DNA of 64,000 nt, taken from Spirochaetota bacterium (GTDB lineage Bacteria > Spirochaetota > UBA4802 > UBA5550). The position numbers were made by a program, and so were the translations under genes. This document shows, one piece after another, positions 20,384 to 31,529 of this stretch (positions within the stretch are counted from its first letter, which is position 1; every line of letters starts with the position of its first letter). The DNA is taken from the NCBI GenBank assembly GCA_963663865.1, contig OY760686.1, positions 2,784,001 through 2,848,000 of the forward strand. The letters are read 5' to 3'. Below the pieces are notes generated by a model. That model was given only the letters and a program-made list of their open reading frames with translations, did not search any database and was not told the origin of the DNA.

Positions 20384-23300
20384 TCGAATACCTTATGCTG
20401 TCATCGCCGATAATACGGCTCAGCTCTCTCACAAGCTGCTCCGAAGGCGCAATGTTAAATGTGTTGTGGGCCTTTACGATTTTCTCTTTTTTGTCAGACT
20501 CATATATATGAAAGTACACCGGACAATCGCCTCTGTGCTGCGTAAATGTTTCCTTAATGCCTCCGAGCAGCTCCTCGTCAAGGCCGAAGGGATCGAGCTT
20601 GATGTGAATGGCTGAGATAGCATCGCGGCGCGCCTCCCTTAAAAACCTTACAGAGCTGACCATCAGTTTGCCGGGTTTGTCTCCCTCAGTTTCAACCTTG
20701 CCTGTAACAAGCAGGGGCTCAGTCGACATGAGTATCTCCTCAAACTTGGCAAGGGTACGGGCAAAGACGAGAATACCGATCGTGCCCCCCAGGTCTTCGA
20801 GTGTACCGACTGCGTAGCGGTTGCCGTTCTTCTGCGACCTTTTTACCGTAAAGCCATGAACTACGCCGGCTATTGAGACCTCCTGTTCATGGTGATCCCC
20901 GTTCAAATCCGAAATCGAGACAGATGAGTAGGCCTTTATTTCGCTCTGATAGCGCGCCAGCGGATGTCCCGAAACATAGAGGCCGAGCACCTCTTTTTCG
21001 TTATTCAGCCTTTCTGTGTCACACCACTCCTCCATGGGAGCAAGATCAAGGCAAGCAATTCCGTTTTCATTAGAGGGGGCCTCAAAAAGCGACCCCTGTC
21101 CGGAAGCGATATCCTCCTGAAGACGCCTTGCCATTTCAACAAGCGTTTCCACTGAACAGCAGAGCTGCGCCCTGTTTGGATGAATCTCATCAAAAGCCCC
21201 GGCGCGGGCAAGCGATTCCAGAACGCCTCTGTTTACGACAGAGCGGTCAACCCTCTCCAGAAAGTCGCGAAGCCCCGAGAAATCTCCATCGCCCCTGGCT
21301 TCAATTATCTTCTCAATTGCCTTCTCGCCCATTCCCTTGATGGCGCTCAAACCAAAGCGTATCCTCTTCCCCTCAATAGTGAAGTCATAGAGACTCCTGT
21401 TAATAGAAGGCGGCATAACATCGATACCCTCCTGCCTGGCATCGTTAATCAGGATGGAGACATCGTCAGGCGAAGTCGACATAAGCGAAGTCATATATTC
21501 TATGGGATAATGGGCCTTCAGATAAGCTGTCTGATATGTTACAAGCGCGTAAGCCGCGGAATGCGACTTGTTGAAACCGTATTCACCGAACTGCCTGATC
21601 TGTGAGTAAAGCTCTCTGGCAAACTTCTCGTCAATATTGTTCTTCCGGGCGCCCTCGAGAAACTTCTGTTCAAGGGCGTCAATTATATCAACCTTCTTCT
21701 TTCCCATTGCCTTCCGCAGCTTATCCGCTTCAGGCATGGTGAAACCGGCTATTACCCTTGAAATGAGCATGACCTGCTCCTGGTAAATAATAACTCCAAG
21801 AGTATCCTTGAGAATGGGCTCAAGCAGAGGATGGTCATACTTAACAAGCCTGGAATTTCTCTTCCTCTTAACAAAGTCATCTGCCATTCCGGAGCCCAGA
21901 GGGCCCGGCCTGTACAGGGCGACAACAGCCACTATATCCTCAAAGACTGTAGGCCTGACACGCCTGAGCAGATTCTGCATTCCGGAGCTCTCAAGCTGGA
22001 AAACACCGACTGTGTCAGCCTTCTGGAGCAGGGCGAAGGTCTTGCGGTCATCGAGCGGAATGTTCTCAATATCGACAGCCTTTCCGGTGTTCTGTGAAAT
22101 CAGCTTCAGGCACCTGTCAATGATAGTAAGGTTCTTTAGTCCGAGAAAGTCCATCTTGACAAGCCCCGCCTGTTCGATGGAAACCTTCTCGTACTGCGAT
22201 GAAATGCTGCCCTCACGCGGGTCACGGTAAAGAGGGACATAGTCCGTTAACGGCCCTTTGGAGATAACGACACCGGCAGCATGTTTCCCCGCTGACCTGG
22301 CAAGGCCTTCGAGGCGTAAAGATATGTCTATAAGCTCTTTCTCTTCGCCTCCGGCTTCGTACAGCTTCTTCAGATCAGGATTATCGCTTAACGATTTATC
22401 CAGAGTCTTTTCATCGACCATTTTACTTATCTCGTTGGCTCTTGAGAAGGGAATGTCGAGGGCTCTGGCTACGTCCTTGACTACGGCCTTTGCCTTCATA
22501 CGGTTAAAGGTGATAATCTGGCCGACTTTTTCGTGCCCGTATTTATTGCGGACATAGTCAATAACCTCTTCCCGTCTGTCCGCGCAGAAGTCAAGATCCA
22601 TATCGGGCATTTCATTACGGTCCGGATTAAGAAACCTTTCAAACAGAAGGTCGTACTTCAGCGGGTCAAGAGCGGTAATTCCGAGACAGTAAGCGACAAT
22701 CGACCCGGCTGCTGACCCCCTGCCAGGCCCGACAGGAACAGCCATCTTTCTGGCCTGATTGATAAAGTCCCAGACAATAAGGAAATAGCTTGAAAAGTTC
22801 ATTTTCTTTATAACGGAAAGCTCGAATTCAATTCTGGTTGAAACGGCATCGGGCAAAGGCTTGCCGTATCTCTTTTCGGCGCCCTCCGCTACAAGCGCGT
22901 CAAGGAAGCTGTCAAGGCTGTACCCATCAGGTACTTCAAAATCAGGGAGAATAGGGTTTCCAAGATCGAGCTCAAGATTAACCATCTCCGCTATTTTCAG
23001 TGTGTTTGTAAGGGATTCCGGAACCTCTGAAAAAATACGGTGCATCTCCTGCGGGGACTTGAGATAAAAATCGTCGGAGGAAAAACGCATCCGGTTTTCA
23101 TCTTTCATGGTTTTCCCGGTCTGGATACAGAGAAGCACCTCATGGGCATAGGCATCTTCACGGTTGACATAGTGAGCGTCATTAGTTGCCACAAGTGGTA
23201 TTCCCATGTCGGCTGACATTCTAACGAGTTCCCTGTTTACAATCTTCTGCTCCGGAATCCCGTGGTCCTGAAGTTCGAGATAAAAGGAATCACTGCCAAA

Positions 23301-23801
23301 CATCTCTAAAAATCTTCCGGCAAGCTCTCTGGCCTCATCGACAGCGCCTTTTATAATATATCTGGGAATCTGCCCGGCGATACATGCCGAACTGCAGATA
23401 AGCCCCTCAGAGTGCTTTTCAAGAACCTCCATGTCTATTCTCGGCTTGTAGTAAAAGCCCTCGGTGTAACCAATGGAGGAGAGTTTTAGAAGATTTCTAT
23501 ATCCCTCTATGTTTTTAGCGATCAGAACCAGGTGATAGGCGTTTTCCTCTGAGGAATCCCGAACATGCTCCCTGCTGAAGCGTGACCCCGGCGCCACATA
23601 CACCTCTGATCCGATCAGGGGCTTTATTCCTGCTCTCCGCGCCTTCTGATAGAACTCTATAGCGCCGAACATATTTCCGTGATCTGTCATCGCGATCGCG
23701 GGCATATCCTGCTCAACCGCTTTTTCAATCATCCTGTCCACGGTTATCGCGCCGTCAAGAATTGAATATTCGGTATGGTTGTGAAGATGTACAAATTTCA
23801 T
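20373..23801 (-). CDS. dnaE: DNA polymerase III alpha subunit
   Basis: HLHNHTEYS PHP domain, GPGRGSAAGS, PDMDLD, FNKSHS; no intein-sized insertion. Confidence 0.98.
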   Translation of the reverse strand: MKFVHLHNHTEYSILDGAITVDRMIEKAVEQDMPAIAMTDHGNMFGAIEFYQKARRAGIKPLIGSEVYVAPGSRFSREHVRDSSEENAYHLVLIAKNIEGYRNLLKLSSIGYTEGFYYKPRIDMEVLEKHSEGLICSSACIAGQIPRYIIKGAVDEARELAGRFLEMFGSDSFYLELQDHGIPEQKIVNRELVRMSADMGIPLVATNDAHYVNREDAYAHEVLLCIQTGKTMKDENRMRFSSDDFYLKSPQEMHRIFSEVPESLTNTLKIAEMVNLELDLGNPILPDFEVPDGYSLDSFLDALVAEGAEKRYGKPLPDAVSTRIEFELSVIKKMNFSSYFLIVWDFINQARKMAVPVGPGRGSAAGSIVAYCLGITALDPLKYDLLFERFLNPDRNEMPDMDLDFCADRREEVIDYVRNKYGHEKVGQIITFNRMKAKAVVKDVARALDIPFSRANEISKMVDEKTLDKSLSDNPDLKKLYEAGGEEKELIDISLRLEGLARSAGKHAAGVVISKGPLTDYVPLYRDPREGSISSQYEKVSIEQAGLVKMDFLGLKNLTIIDRCLKLISQNTGKAVDIENIPLDDRKTFALLQKADTVGVFQLESSGMQNLLRRVRPTVFEDIVAVVALYRPGPLGSGMADDFVKRKRNSRLVKYDHPLLEPILKDTLGVIIYQEQVMLISRVIAGFTMPEADKLRKAMGKKKVDIIDALEQKFLEGARKNNIDEKFARELYSQIRQFGEYGFNKSHSAAYALVTYQTAYLKAHYPIEYMTSLMSTSPDDVSILINDARQEGIDVMPPSINRSLYDFTIEGKRIRFGLSAIKGMGEKAIEKIIEARGDGDFSGLRDFLERVDRSVVNRGVLESLARAGAFDEIHPNRAQLCCSVETLVEMARRLQEDIASGQGSLFEAPSNENGIACLDLAPMEEWCDTERLNNEKEVLGLYVSGHPLARYQSEIKAYSSVSISDLNGDHHEQEVSIAGVVHGFTVKRSQKNGNRYAVGTLEDLGGTIGILVFARTLAKFEEILMSTEPLLVTGKVETEGDKPGKLMVSSVRFLREARRDAISAIHIKLDPFGLDEELLGGIKETFTQHRGDCPVYFHIYESDKKEKIVKAHNTFNIAPSEQLVRELSRIIGDDSIRYSIGR

Positions 23802-24023
23802 TATATATACACTATTATCTTTTCCAGGAAGTTTAAACTGTCAATTTTGTAATGAGTAACACGCGGTACCTCTGCATCTAATCTCCAGAGGTGACATAAT
23901 TTCAAGTATTAATTCCACATCGTCACAAAAACAGCGTCAGGTTTCTCGATATATAAAAATTTTACTCAAGATTTCATCCACGGGTCCGATATTATAAGTA
24001 TCATTTTACACATTAACTTCCTT

Positions 24024-24056
24024 GCCCCGGGCATTATTGCTGTGGGGCTTTTTTTT
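24024..24056 (+). terminator. Intrinsic terminator with no upstream CDS on the same strand
   Basis: GCCCCGGGCA-TTAT-TGCTGTGGGGC followed by T8. Confidence 0.65.
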
Positions 24057-24168
24057 GCCCTTGCCATGGAACGCCGGCCATGCTTATCATCTTTTAATTG
24101 ACTATTTGAGGGTACAACCGGATAATACCTTCTCGTTGGAAGCTAACAATACTTCACAGGAGAACCTG

Positions 24169-24336
24169 ATGATTGACACAAAACTCCTCGATATTCTCGC
24201 CTGCCCCGCCTGCAGAGGTGACGTGGAATATGACATGAAAAATGAAAAGATTGTCTGCCTCGAATGCGGCAGGAAGTATCCTGTAAAAGACGGAATCCCC
24301 GTGATGCTCATTGATGAATGCGAACAGCCTGAATAA
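24169..24336 (+). CDS. Trm112/YcaR family protein
   Basis: LLDILACPAC..YPVKDGIPVML; AGGAG RBS. Confidence 0.92.
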   Translation: MIDTKLLDILACPACRGDVEYDMKNEKIVCLECGRKYPVKDGIPVMLIDECEQPE

Positions 24337-24483
24337 TATTTTTTACTGCAGAAGCAGGAGCTGTTTTAATTCTCATTGACAAAATACCGGCATGAATGGA
24401 AAAATTAACTTTTGACGACGGCGGTTCCTGTGTTCCAATATCGCCACATAATCAAGAAAATCAAATAAAACAGAAGGTCAGAT

Positions 24484-25614
24484 ATGTTTGATTCCAAATC
24501 ACCTGTAGTCAAAATTGTAGGCTATACCATAATCGGTTTTTTCCTCCTTATCATCATAATTTCATTCGGAATGCCGGACTTTATGTCAAAGCTCGGAATG
24601 GACCGCTCAGTCGTCGCGAAAGTCAACGGCAAAGAGATTCAGGCGGTCGATTTCCTGAGGTACAGAGACATGAACTACGGAAGGCTCAAGGATTCATCAC
24701 TTGACGCGATGGTTCTGTCCAACTACATTAGCACAATGCTCATCTACGAAAAAGCGGTAGATTGCGGATTTCTTCCGACAGACAGCTATATTCTCGATCA
24801 GATCGTTCAGACACCTGCCTTCAAAGACCCGGATACAGGCAAATACAGCGCCGAGTTGATGGACAGGGTCCTCAAGCAGAACAGATATACCTTTGACAGC
24901 TATTACAGACTGGTGCAGGAAGATATAACCAAAAGACACTTCATGGATAATGTCGCGCTTGGAGCCGCTGTTTCATCTAACGAGATAAAATCAGAGCATA
25001 AAGCCGTAAATACATCAATCGTAATAGCTTACTCACTTGCATCGGTTGACGACCTGAAAAAAAGATACGCCGGTGAGCTCAACGTCTCAGAGGCTGAAGT
25101 CGACGAATTCATGGTTCAAAACAAAGATTCTGTCAAGGACCCGGCTACGGACAGGGCGAGAATAAAGGACGGACTTGTCCACCAGAAGCTGCAGGGCGTC
25201 CAGAACAGGCTGAAAAAAGAGCTTGAAGCGCTTTCGCTGAACAACGGGTCATTTGCAAGAGCTGCCGCGGTCATGGGCGGCAAAATCGGCAGTTCAAAGC
25301 CCTTCGCGGTCGGAGAGAGAATACAGCCGCTCGAAAAGGGAGCAAAGCCCATTGCAGCCCTCGGCTCTTCGCAAATCTTCACCGAATCGGTTATGAGCCT
25401 TCCTCAGGGCGCAGTTTCAAGGCCCATTACTACACCTGATGGAATATATGTCTTTACTGTCACAAAACGCACAACAAAAGCTGAATCGATGACGGATAAA
25501 GATATTGAATCACTGAGAAGGAAGCTAAGCTTTGACAACTACACAGCTTCAATCGAAGGAATACGCAAGAAACTGCACGACGAAGCAAAGATACTGAACA
25601 ACCTGAAAAAATAA
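24484..25614 (+). CDS. SurA-N/PpiD-like periplasmic chaperone
   Basis: N-terminal TM, VAKVNGKEI, degenerate parvulin C-terminus (GAVSRPITTPDGIYV). Confidence 0.8.
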   Translation: MFDSKSPVVKIVGYTIIGFFLLIIIISFGMPDFMSKLGMDRSVVAKVNGKEIQAVDFLRYRDMNYGRLKDSSLDAMVLSNYISTMLIYEKAVDCGFLPTDSYILDQIVQTPAFKDPDTGKYSAELMDRVLKQNRYTFDSYYRLVQEDITKRHFMDNVALGAAVSSNEIKSEHKAVNTSIVIAYSLASVDDLKKRYAGELNVSEAEVDEFMVQNKDSVKDPATDRARIKDGLVHQKLQGVQNRLKKELEALSLNNGSFARAAAVMGGKIGSSKPFAVGERIQPLEKGAKPIAALGSSQIFTESVMSLPQGAVSRPITTPDGIYVFTVTKRTTKAESMTDKDIESLRRKLSFDNYTASIEGIRKKLHDEAKILNNLKK

Positions 25615-25640
25615 AACAACACCTGTTATACGAACTACTC

Positions 25641-25666
25641 AAGCCCCCGTTTTTAAGCGGGGGCTT
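25641..25666 (+). terminator. Hairpin terminator
   Basis: AAGCCCCCG..CGGGGGCTT. Confidence 0.6.
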
Positions 25667-25951
25667 CGTATTTAAATATTCTGAAGAAAAAGCGAATTGA
25701 GCGCTGTTTGTTCTACATTAAAGATTCAGCTCTACGAAGCGATCGCTGCCCAATACCTGCCAAAAAGGCTTCACAAAGTCTAAATTCCTCTGGCAATTTA
25801 TTCAGATGAGTATATTTTCAATTTTTTAAAGCAAATACTGAAAACTAATTGATAATATTGAGCTTAAAGTATAGTCTGTAATCACATTTGGAGTCAGGAA
25901 CCGAGATTCATGCGTCCCTGCTCCTCAGAAACAATCAGGAGCGGCGCCCTT

Positions 25952-26416
25952 ATGAATATCAACGCTGAATATGTTAATCCATTTCTTGAAGCTGCAAGTG
26001 CCGTTTTCAAATCCATTCTTAATGTAGACCTGAGGAGAGGGAAGCTCGTTATCAAAGAAAGCCCGGTTCCTGCCATGGATATTGCAATTATCATCGGTAT
26101 AACAGGCGGAGTAACAGGCGAGGTCGTCTACAGCATGGAATTTAACACAATTAAAAAGATTGCCGACATACTCGCTCCGGGGCTTTCCGAAGAACAGATA
26201 AAGCATGAATATAAAGACATAGTCGGTGAGCTTGCCAATATGATAACAGGAAACGCAATGAACCTGTTCGCCTCAACCGGCAAGCAGATAGACATAACAA
26301 CCCCGACCGTAATAGAGGGTAAAAGCTTTACCATCACCATGATAAAACAGACGACGCTCGGCATTAACCTCTACAGTCCGATGGGTCAGCTTGAACTGAA
26401 CATTGCCTTGAAATAA
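25952..26416 (+). CDS. cheX: Chemotaxis phosphatase CheX
   Basis: EYVNPFLEA, IIGITG, GELANMITGNA, ITTPTVI. Confidence 0.92.
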   Translation: MNINAEYVNPFLEAASAVFKSILNVDLRRGKLVIKESPVPAMDIAIIIGITGGVTGEVVYSMEFNTIKKIADILAPGLSEEQIKHEYKDIVGELANMITGNAMNLFASTGKQIDITTPTVIEGKSFTITMIKQTTLGINLYSPMGQLELNIALK

Positions 26417-26450
26417 AATTATCCGTTTGAGTAAGTAAATCAACCCGATG

Positions 26451-26478
26451 AGGCCGCCTGAACAGAGCGGCCTTTTTT
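26451..26478 (+). terminator. Intrinsic terminator between cheX and thyX
   Basis: AGGCCGC..GCGGCCT + T tract. Confidence 0.6.
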
Positions 26479-27112
26479 ATGCCTTCGTAGTGGCCGTAAA
26501 GTCATCTGGATTAAGTCTGAAATCTCCGAATACGGCCGGGGCCTCCGCCTGCATGATCTCAAGCATTTTGTAACAGACCCTGCGAATCTCCCACTGCGCC
26601 GCTTTCTCGAGCCTCAGGCTGAATATAGTTCGGAGTTCCCTGAAATTCGCGGTAAGAACAATCTCGCTTTCAAGAGCGTTTGGAAGAACAAAGCGCGCGT
26701 CCTCTTTGAGCGCTCCTGCCTCCCTCAGTTCCCGATATACAGAAGCGGTCCTCTCCAAGTGAGCCCTGAATATCTCGACGGCTTTCTGATTTTTCTCAAT
26801 GCCCGGCGGCAGAATATAGTTAAAATCAGACTCGTCCACATATCGCTGGGACTGCTGCGAAAAGCTTGCAAGCCTGTGCCTTACAATCTGATGAGTGAAC
26901 GCCCTCGAAGCTCCTGAGATACGGAATGTGGCAGACGCATGTTCAATGATACTGAGATGTCCCCTCCTTACAGCAGCCTGAATAAAGTTATCCGAACTTG
27001 ATTCGGTGATCCTTTCAAGCGAGAGGTAGCAGGTTCTACCCGCCTCTTCTATGACCTTTTCACAGTCCGGTGTAACAGCGATCAGACTGACCGCCGGTTC
27101 CTTGATCTCCAT
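26477..27112 (-). CDS. thyX: FAD-dependent thymidylate synthase
   Basis: GHLSIIEH, RHRLASFSQQSQRY (RHRx7S), AQWEIR. Confidence 0.95.
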   Translation of the reverse strand: MEIKEPAVSLIAVTPDCEKVIEEAGRTCYLSLERITESSSDNFIQAAVRRGHLSIIEHASATFRISGASRAFTHQIVRHRLASFSQQSQRYVDESDFNYILPPGIEKNQKAVEIFRAHLERTASVYRELREAGALKEDARFVLPNALESEIVLTANFRELRTIFSLRLEKAAQWEIRRVCYKMLEIMQAEAPAVFGDFRLNPDDFTATTKA

Positions 27113-27168
27113 GTATTATTCCTGTAAAAAATATGTGCTTAATTATAAGCCTGGATTTTTGTGCATTG

Positions 27169-27768
27169 TCAAATCTTCATGCCCGAAAACCCGAGAAAAG
27201 CGAGGGAAAGAAGCCCGGCGCTTATAAAGGTAATCGGAAGTCCCCTGAGGTTTTCAGGGATATCTGCTATCTCAAGCCTTTCCCTTATGCCAGCCATGAG
27301 AAGAAGCGCCAGCGTAAAGCCAACTCCCGCGCCTATCCCCTGGACAATAGACTTGATGAGTCCGGCGCCGTCATTTACAAAGCCGGAATTTATATTGAGC
27401 AGTGTGACCCCGAGCACGGCGCAGTTGGTGGTAATCAGCGGCAGAAATATCCCGAGAGCCTGGTATAACGACGGAGAAAACTTCTCGATCACCATTTCGA
27501 CAAACTGGACCAGAGAAGCTATAACGAGTATAAATGCTACCGTTCTCAGGTATACAAGGTCATGAGGCAGCAGAATGAACTTATAGATAATGAAAGTAAA
27601 AAACGAAGCTATAGTCATAACAAAGATTACTGCCATCCCCATACCAAGGGCAGAGTCAATCTTCTTCGATACTCCAAGGAAGGGGCAAAGCCCCAGCATT
27701 TGCGATAAAACATAGTTGTTGATAAAAATTGTCGATATCAGAATTCCGAACAGGACCTTCAGTTCCAT
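27169..27768 (-). CDS. rnfA: Rnf complex subunit A
   Basis: [22 protein letters not shown]. Confidence 0.95.
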   Translation of the reverse strand: MELKVLFGILISTIFINNYVLSQMLGLCPFLGVSKKIDSALGMGMAVIFVMTIASFFTFIIYKFILLPHDLVYLRTVAFILVIASLVQFVEMVIEKFSPSLYQALGIFLPLITTNCAVLGVTLLNINSGFVNDGAGLIKSIVQGIGAGVGFTLALLLMAGIRERLEIADIPENLRGLPITFISAGLLSLAFLGFSGMKI

Positions 27769-27770
27769 TG

Positions 27771-28367
27771 TTATCTCCCCTTCTTCCTGCTGTTAAGAAC
27801 GTTCATGCCCCAGAGCATAAATCCAATCGTTATAAACGCCCCCGGCGCTATTGACATTGCAGATGACGGCTCCATCCCCGGAACCATTACAAGCCCCAGA
27901 ACCTTGTTGGCGCCCAGAGATTCACGGAAAAAGGCCAGGACACAGAGCGTAAGGCCGAATCCTATACCCATGCCGAGGCCGTCGAGGAGCGATGCGAGTG
28001 GGCCGTTTTTGGAAGCAAACTCCTCCGCCCTGCCCAGAATTATACAGTTTACTACAATCAGCGATATGAAAATCCCCAGTGCGCGGTAAACAGCCGGCTG
28101 GTACGCATTCAGCATCAGCTCAACAATGGTCACGAAAGACGCGATAACCGTAATATAGACAGGAATCCTTATCTGAGGAGAAATATACTTCTTAATAATT
28201 GACACGAGCACATTAGAACAAATTAACACAAATGTCGTTCCGAGAGTCATCCAGGCGGCGTTTGAAACGCTCGTAGAAACCGCCAGCGCGGGACACAGAC
28301 CGATACCAAGCACAAGGATGGGATTTTTCGCCCAGAGCCCCTTAACGAATATCTGCCAGTACTTCAT
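27771..28367 (-). CDS. rnfE: Rnf complex subunit E
   Basis: [29 protein letters not shown]. Confidence 0.95.
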   Translation of the reverse strand: MKYWQIFVKGLWAKNPILVLGIGLCPALAVSTSVSNAAWMTLGTTFVLICSNVLVSIIKKYISPQIRIPVYITVIASFVTIVELMLNAYQPAVYRALGIFISLIVVNCIILGRAEEFASKNGPLASLLDGLGMGIGFGLTLCVLAFFRESLGANKVLGLVMVPGMEPSSAMSIAPGAFITIGFMLWGMNVLNSRKKGR

Positions 28368-29104
28368 TTCTCCTCCAGAGGCGCGTTCTTTTCTTGAGGG
28401 GGGGATAAAGCCTTTTTCAGCCCGGCAGCCTGCCTCTCAATGGAGTCTACTACAGCCTTCGAGGTTATCGTCGCGCCGGTAATGACTGAGATTGAATTCT
28501 TCGACAACAGCTCTTCCCTCATTTCAGTGCTCCAGTCGCCTCTCTTGACAAGCCCGATTTTGCTCTCGAGGCTCAGTCCGGCGAACTGCTCCTGGAACCA
28601 GGGAGTTTTGCTCTCCACACCGACCTTCTGGTTACCAGTAATGGCTCCCATGAGCGTTCTTCCGCTCTTGACTTCGACCGACCTGGCGCCAAGCCCCGGA
28701 GTTTCAGTCTGCCTCATTATCACTATTCCAAGCACGGTGAAATTCTCATCCACTCCGGCAAGGGTTTCAATATTACCGCTGTAACCCGGGATTGAACACA
28801 GAAAGGCGTATCCGGGGCTTTCCCTGCCGTCAATGCTTTTCACGCCGGACCAGTAACGCATTTCCCCGCCCGAGGACCCGGCTGTTTTTGACTCAATGCT
28901 CCCGTAACCGGGAAGGACCATAGATACTGATTCATTTAGTTTTTGCTCTGCTCTTTTAGCGATTACTACAGAGGCATTTTTGTACACATGGGAAAGCAGA
29001 AAAGCCGCGATGAGAGCGACCATTCCGAGCATTAGAGTCGGCTTGAGAATTATGCTCTCTTTGTTCTTTGCCTCTGAATTTTCTGTATTGAGTTTATCTG
29101 TCAT
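28364..29104 (-). CDS. rnfG: Rnf complex subunit G
   Basis: GYSG, ETPGLG, ITGATITS FMN attachment site. Confidence 0.92.
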   Translation of the reverse strand: MTDKLNTENSEAKNKESIILKPTLMLGMVALIAAFLLSHVYKNASVVIAKRAEQKLNESVSMVLPGYGSIESKTAGSSGGEMRYWSGVKSIDGRESPGYAFLCSIPGYSGNIETLAGVDENFTVLGIVIMRQTETPGLGARSVEVKSGRTLMGAITGNQKVGVESKTPWFQEQFAGLSLESKIGLVKRGDWSTEMREELLSKNSISVITGATITSKAVVDSIERQAAGLKKALSPPQEKNAPLEEK

Positions 29105-30173
29105 TGGCCGCACCCTTTGACTTTTTTTTGCCGGTTCCAAAAACGGCTGGCCTGAGGTATCTGTCTATGAGGGGCACAAAGGCATTCATAAGAAGAATGG
29201 AGTATGACACTCCCTCAGGATATCCACCCCATATTCTAATGACAAAGGTTATAACACCGCAACCCGCGCCGAAGATAAGCATGCCGCGCGGTGTGACTGG
29301 CGATGTGACCATATCAGTCGCCATGAAGAACGCGCCCAGAAAAAGGCCGCCTGAAAGCAGATGGAAGGCTACAGCATGGGATACAGGAACCGAACCTTCT
29401 GCCATGTAATACGCACAGGCCAGAAGCGCGACTGTCCCGATGTAGGCCGCGGGGATGTGCCAGGTAATAACGCGCCTGAAAAGCAGAAAAAGTCCGCCCA
29501 GAAGAAGAAGCAGAGCCGAGGTCTCGCCGATGCACCCGCCGATATTCCCCTGTCCAAGCGATTTTATGATGTCTCCGGAAAACAGGAAGCCCTTAACCGC
29601 TTCCGGAGTCACGCCGGCATCAGCGGCAAAACGAGGCAGCTCTTTGAGTGCCTGCAGAGGCGTCGCAGATGTTATTACATCAAACGCCTGGCGTGGAATC
29701 TCCGCTGTCGGGGCGGCGGCCTGGGACATAACATTGGTGCCGCTGAAAACGCTCCATCCTGATGTCATGTGCAGAGGCCACGATGCCATCAGAAAAGCCC
29801 TGGCCGCAAGCGCCGGATTGAAAATATTGAATCCGAGTCCTCCAAAGAGCTGCTTGACAATAATCACTGCGAAGGCCGATCCGATAGCCACCATCCAGAG
29901 CGGGGCTGAAGGCGGCACATTCATTGCAAGCAGGAGGCCTGTCAGGGCCGCTGATCCGTCATGCACAGTAATGTTTTTTTTAAGAAGCGCCCTGACAGCA
30001 AGCTCCGAAAGCACGGCTGAAAGGACAGCTGTCAAATATATAAAGAGTGCGCCGGTGCCAATCAAATAGACCGAGTAAACCGCCTGAGGAACCAGAGCGG
30101 CGACCACTGTCCACATTATCAGAGGGATTGATTCTTTCGATTTTATGTGAGGAGCATTTGAGAGAACAAGCAT
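29094..30173 (-). CDS. rnfD: Rnf complex subunit D
   Basis: FGGLGFNIFNPAL, TSATPL, FFMATDMVTSP, GYPEG. Confidence 0.95.
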   Translation of the reverse strand: MLVLSNAPHIKSKESIPLIMWTVVAALVPQAVYSVYLIGTGALFIYLTAVLSAVLSELAVRALLKKNITVHDGSAALTGLLLAMNVPPSAPLWMVAIGSAFAVIIVKQLFGGLGFNIFNPALAARAFLMASWPLHMTSGWSVFSGTNVMSQAAAPTAEIPRQAFDVITSATPLQALKELPRFAADAGVTPEAVKGFLFSGDIIKSLGQGNIGGCIGETSALLLLLGGLFLLFRRVITWHIPAAYIGTVALLACAYYMAEGSVPVSHAVAFHLLSGGLFLGAFFMATDMVTSPVTPRGMLIFGAGCGVITFVIRIWGGYPEGVSYSILLMNAFVPLIDRYLRPAVFGTGKKKSKGAANDR

Positions 30174-30212
30174 GGATTATTCAATTCCTCCAGTATTGTG
30201 CGGCAGGGCGGT

Positions 30213-31526
30213 TTACATTCCTTTCTGCCTTTTTATCTCGGCCTGGGCCATCTTGATAAAGTGGCTTACCGGCCTTTTCGACGGACACACATACGAACAG
30301 CTTCCGCAGGCTATGCAGTCATTCGGTGAAAGTCCGGCGGCAATATCGTATCGCGATGCCTCAGCGGCGTTGGCTATTTCGCACGGCAGAAGCCCCGACG
30401 GACACGCCGAAACGCACTTGCCGCATCTGAGACAGGGCCCGTAAGCCCGATTATCCGTTTCGCGCGTAGACATAAAGAGAATCCCGGAAGTACCCTTCAC
30501 CACCGGGATGTCCATGGTATTTATCGCCGTTCCGCACATCGGACCGCCGAAAATGACCCTGGAAGGTTCAGATGTTAAACCGCCGCATTCACTGATTATA
30601 TCGGAAACCCGAGTGCCAATTCTAACCTTGTAGTTACCGGGCTTCGCGATGCAGCCGCCGGAAACGGTAATGTATCGTGATGTCAGCGGACGTGAATAGA
30701 ATACCGCATCCCTGGCCGCAAAGGCTGTACCGACATTGAATACTGCCGCCCCTACATCCATGGGAAGTCCTTTTGACGGGACCTCACGCCCAAGCAGGGA
30801 ACGTATAAGCTGCTTCTCTGCCCCCTGCGGATACCTGGTTTTAAGCGACCTCACGGTTACTCCGGAAAATCCGGCTGAAGCCCTTTTCAGGGCCTGAATC
30901 GCCTCAGGCTTGTTGTCCTCAACACCGATTACAGCGTTGCTGACCTTGAGCGCTTTCTTAAGTACAGCTATCCCCTCAAGTATCTCCCGAGGATAAGTCC
31001 TCATGAGCATGTCGTCAACCGTAAGATACGGTTCACACTCAGACCCGTTTATCACCAGTGTGTTGATTTTTCTTTCCGCGGGAGGCATCAGCTTGACGTG
31101 GGCCGGAAACGCGGCGCCGCCGAGTCCGACAATGCCGGCCTCTTTGATGAGATCGACTATCTCCGGGATGGATATTGACTTCAGATCCCGCAGGGGAGCA
31201 TTCCCCGATGAGCTCTGAAATGAGCCGCCTGCCTCGATAACGACTGTACGCGATTTGCCGTAAATGCCCGGATAAATGCCGATATCGACAACCTTGCCCG
31301 GCACGGAAGCGTGAATGTTGGAGCTTATAAATCCCTTACCCGCTCCCACGATCTGGCCTTCCTCGACAAAGTCGCCTACAGACACAGCGGGTTCGGCCAC
31401 CGCGCCGATATGCTGCTGCATTGATATATAGGCCGTGCCTGGAACAGCAAGGTTGTTGAACGCCGCACCGCTGGTTGCCCGCTTATTTTCGGGAGGGTGT
31501 ATCCCCCCCCTGACACCGCCAAACAT
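30213..31526 (-). CDS. rnfC: Rnf complex subunit C
   Basis: GGIHP, GLGGAAFP, ECEPY, two CxxCxxCxxxCP motifs. Confidence 0.95.
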   Translation of the reverse strand: MFGGVRGGIHPPENKRATSGAAFNNLAVPGTAYISMQQHIGAVAEPAVSVGDFVEEGQIVGAGKGFISSNIHASVPGKVVDIGIYPGIYGKSRTVVIEAGGSFQSSSGNAPLRDLKSISIPEIVDLIKEAGIVGLGGAAFPAHVKLMPPAERKINTLVINGSECEPYLTVDDMLMRTYPREILEGIAVLKKALKVSNAVIGVEDNKPEAIQALKRASAGFSGVTVRSLKTRYPQGAEKQLIRSLLGREVPSKGLPMDVGAAVFNVGTAFAARDAVFYSRPLTSRYITVSGGCIAKPGNYKVRIGTRVSDIISECGGLTSEPSRVIFGGPMCGTAINTMDIPVVKGTSGILFMSTRETDNRAYGPCLRCGKCVSACPSGLLPCEIANAAEASRYDIAAGLSPNDCIACGSCSYVCPSKRPVSHFIKMAQAEIKRQKGM

Positions 31527-31529
31527 GGA

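Noticed and set aside
31503-31510. C8 tracts in rnfC and at 49650-49657 as phase-variation sites
   Set aside because: Short, and they encode conserved Gly/Pro residues in housekeeping-type domains
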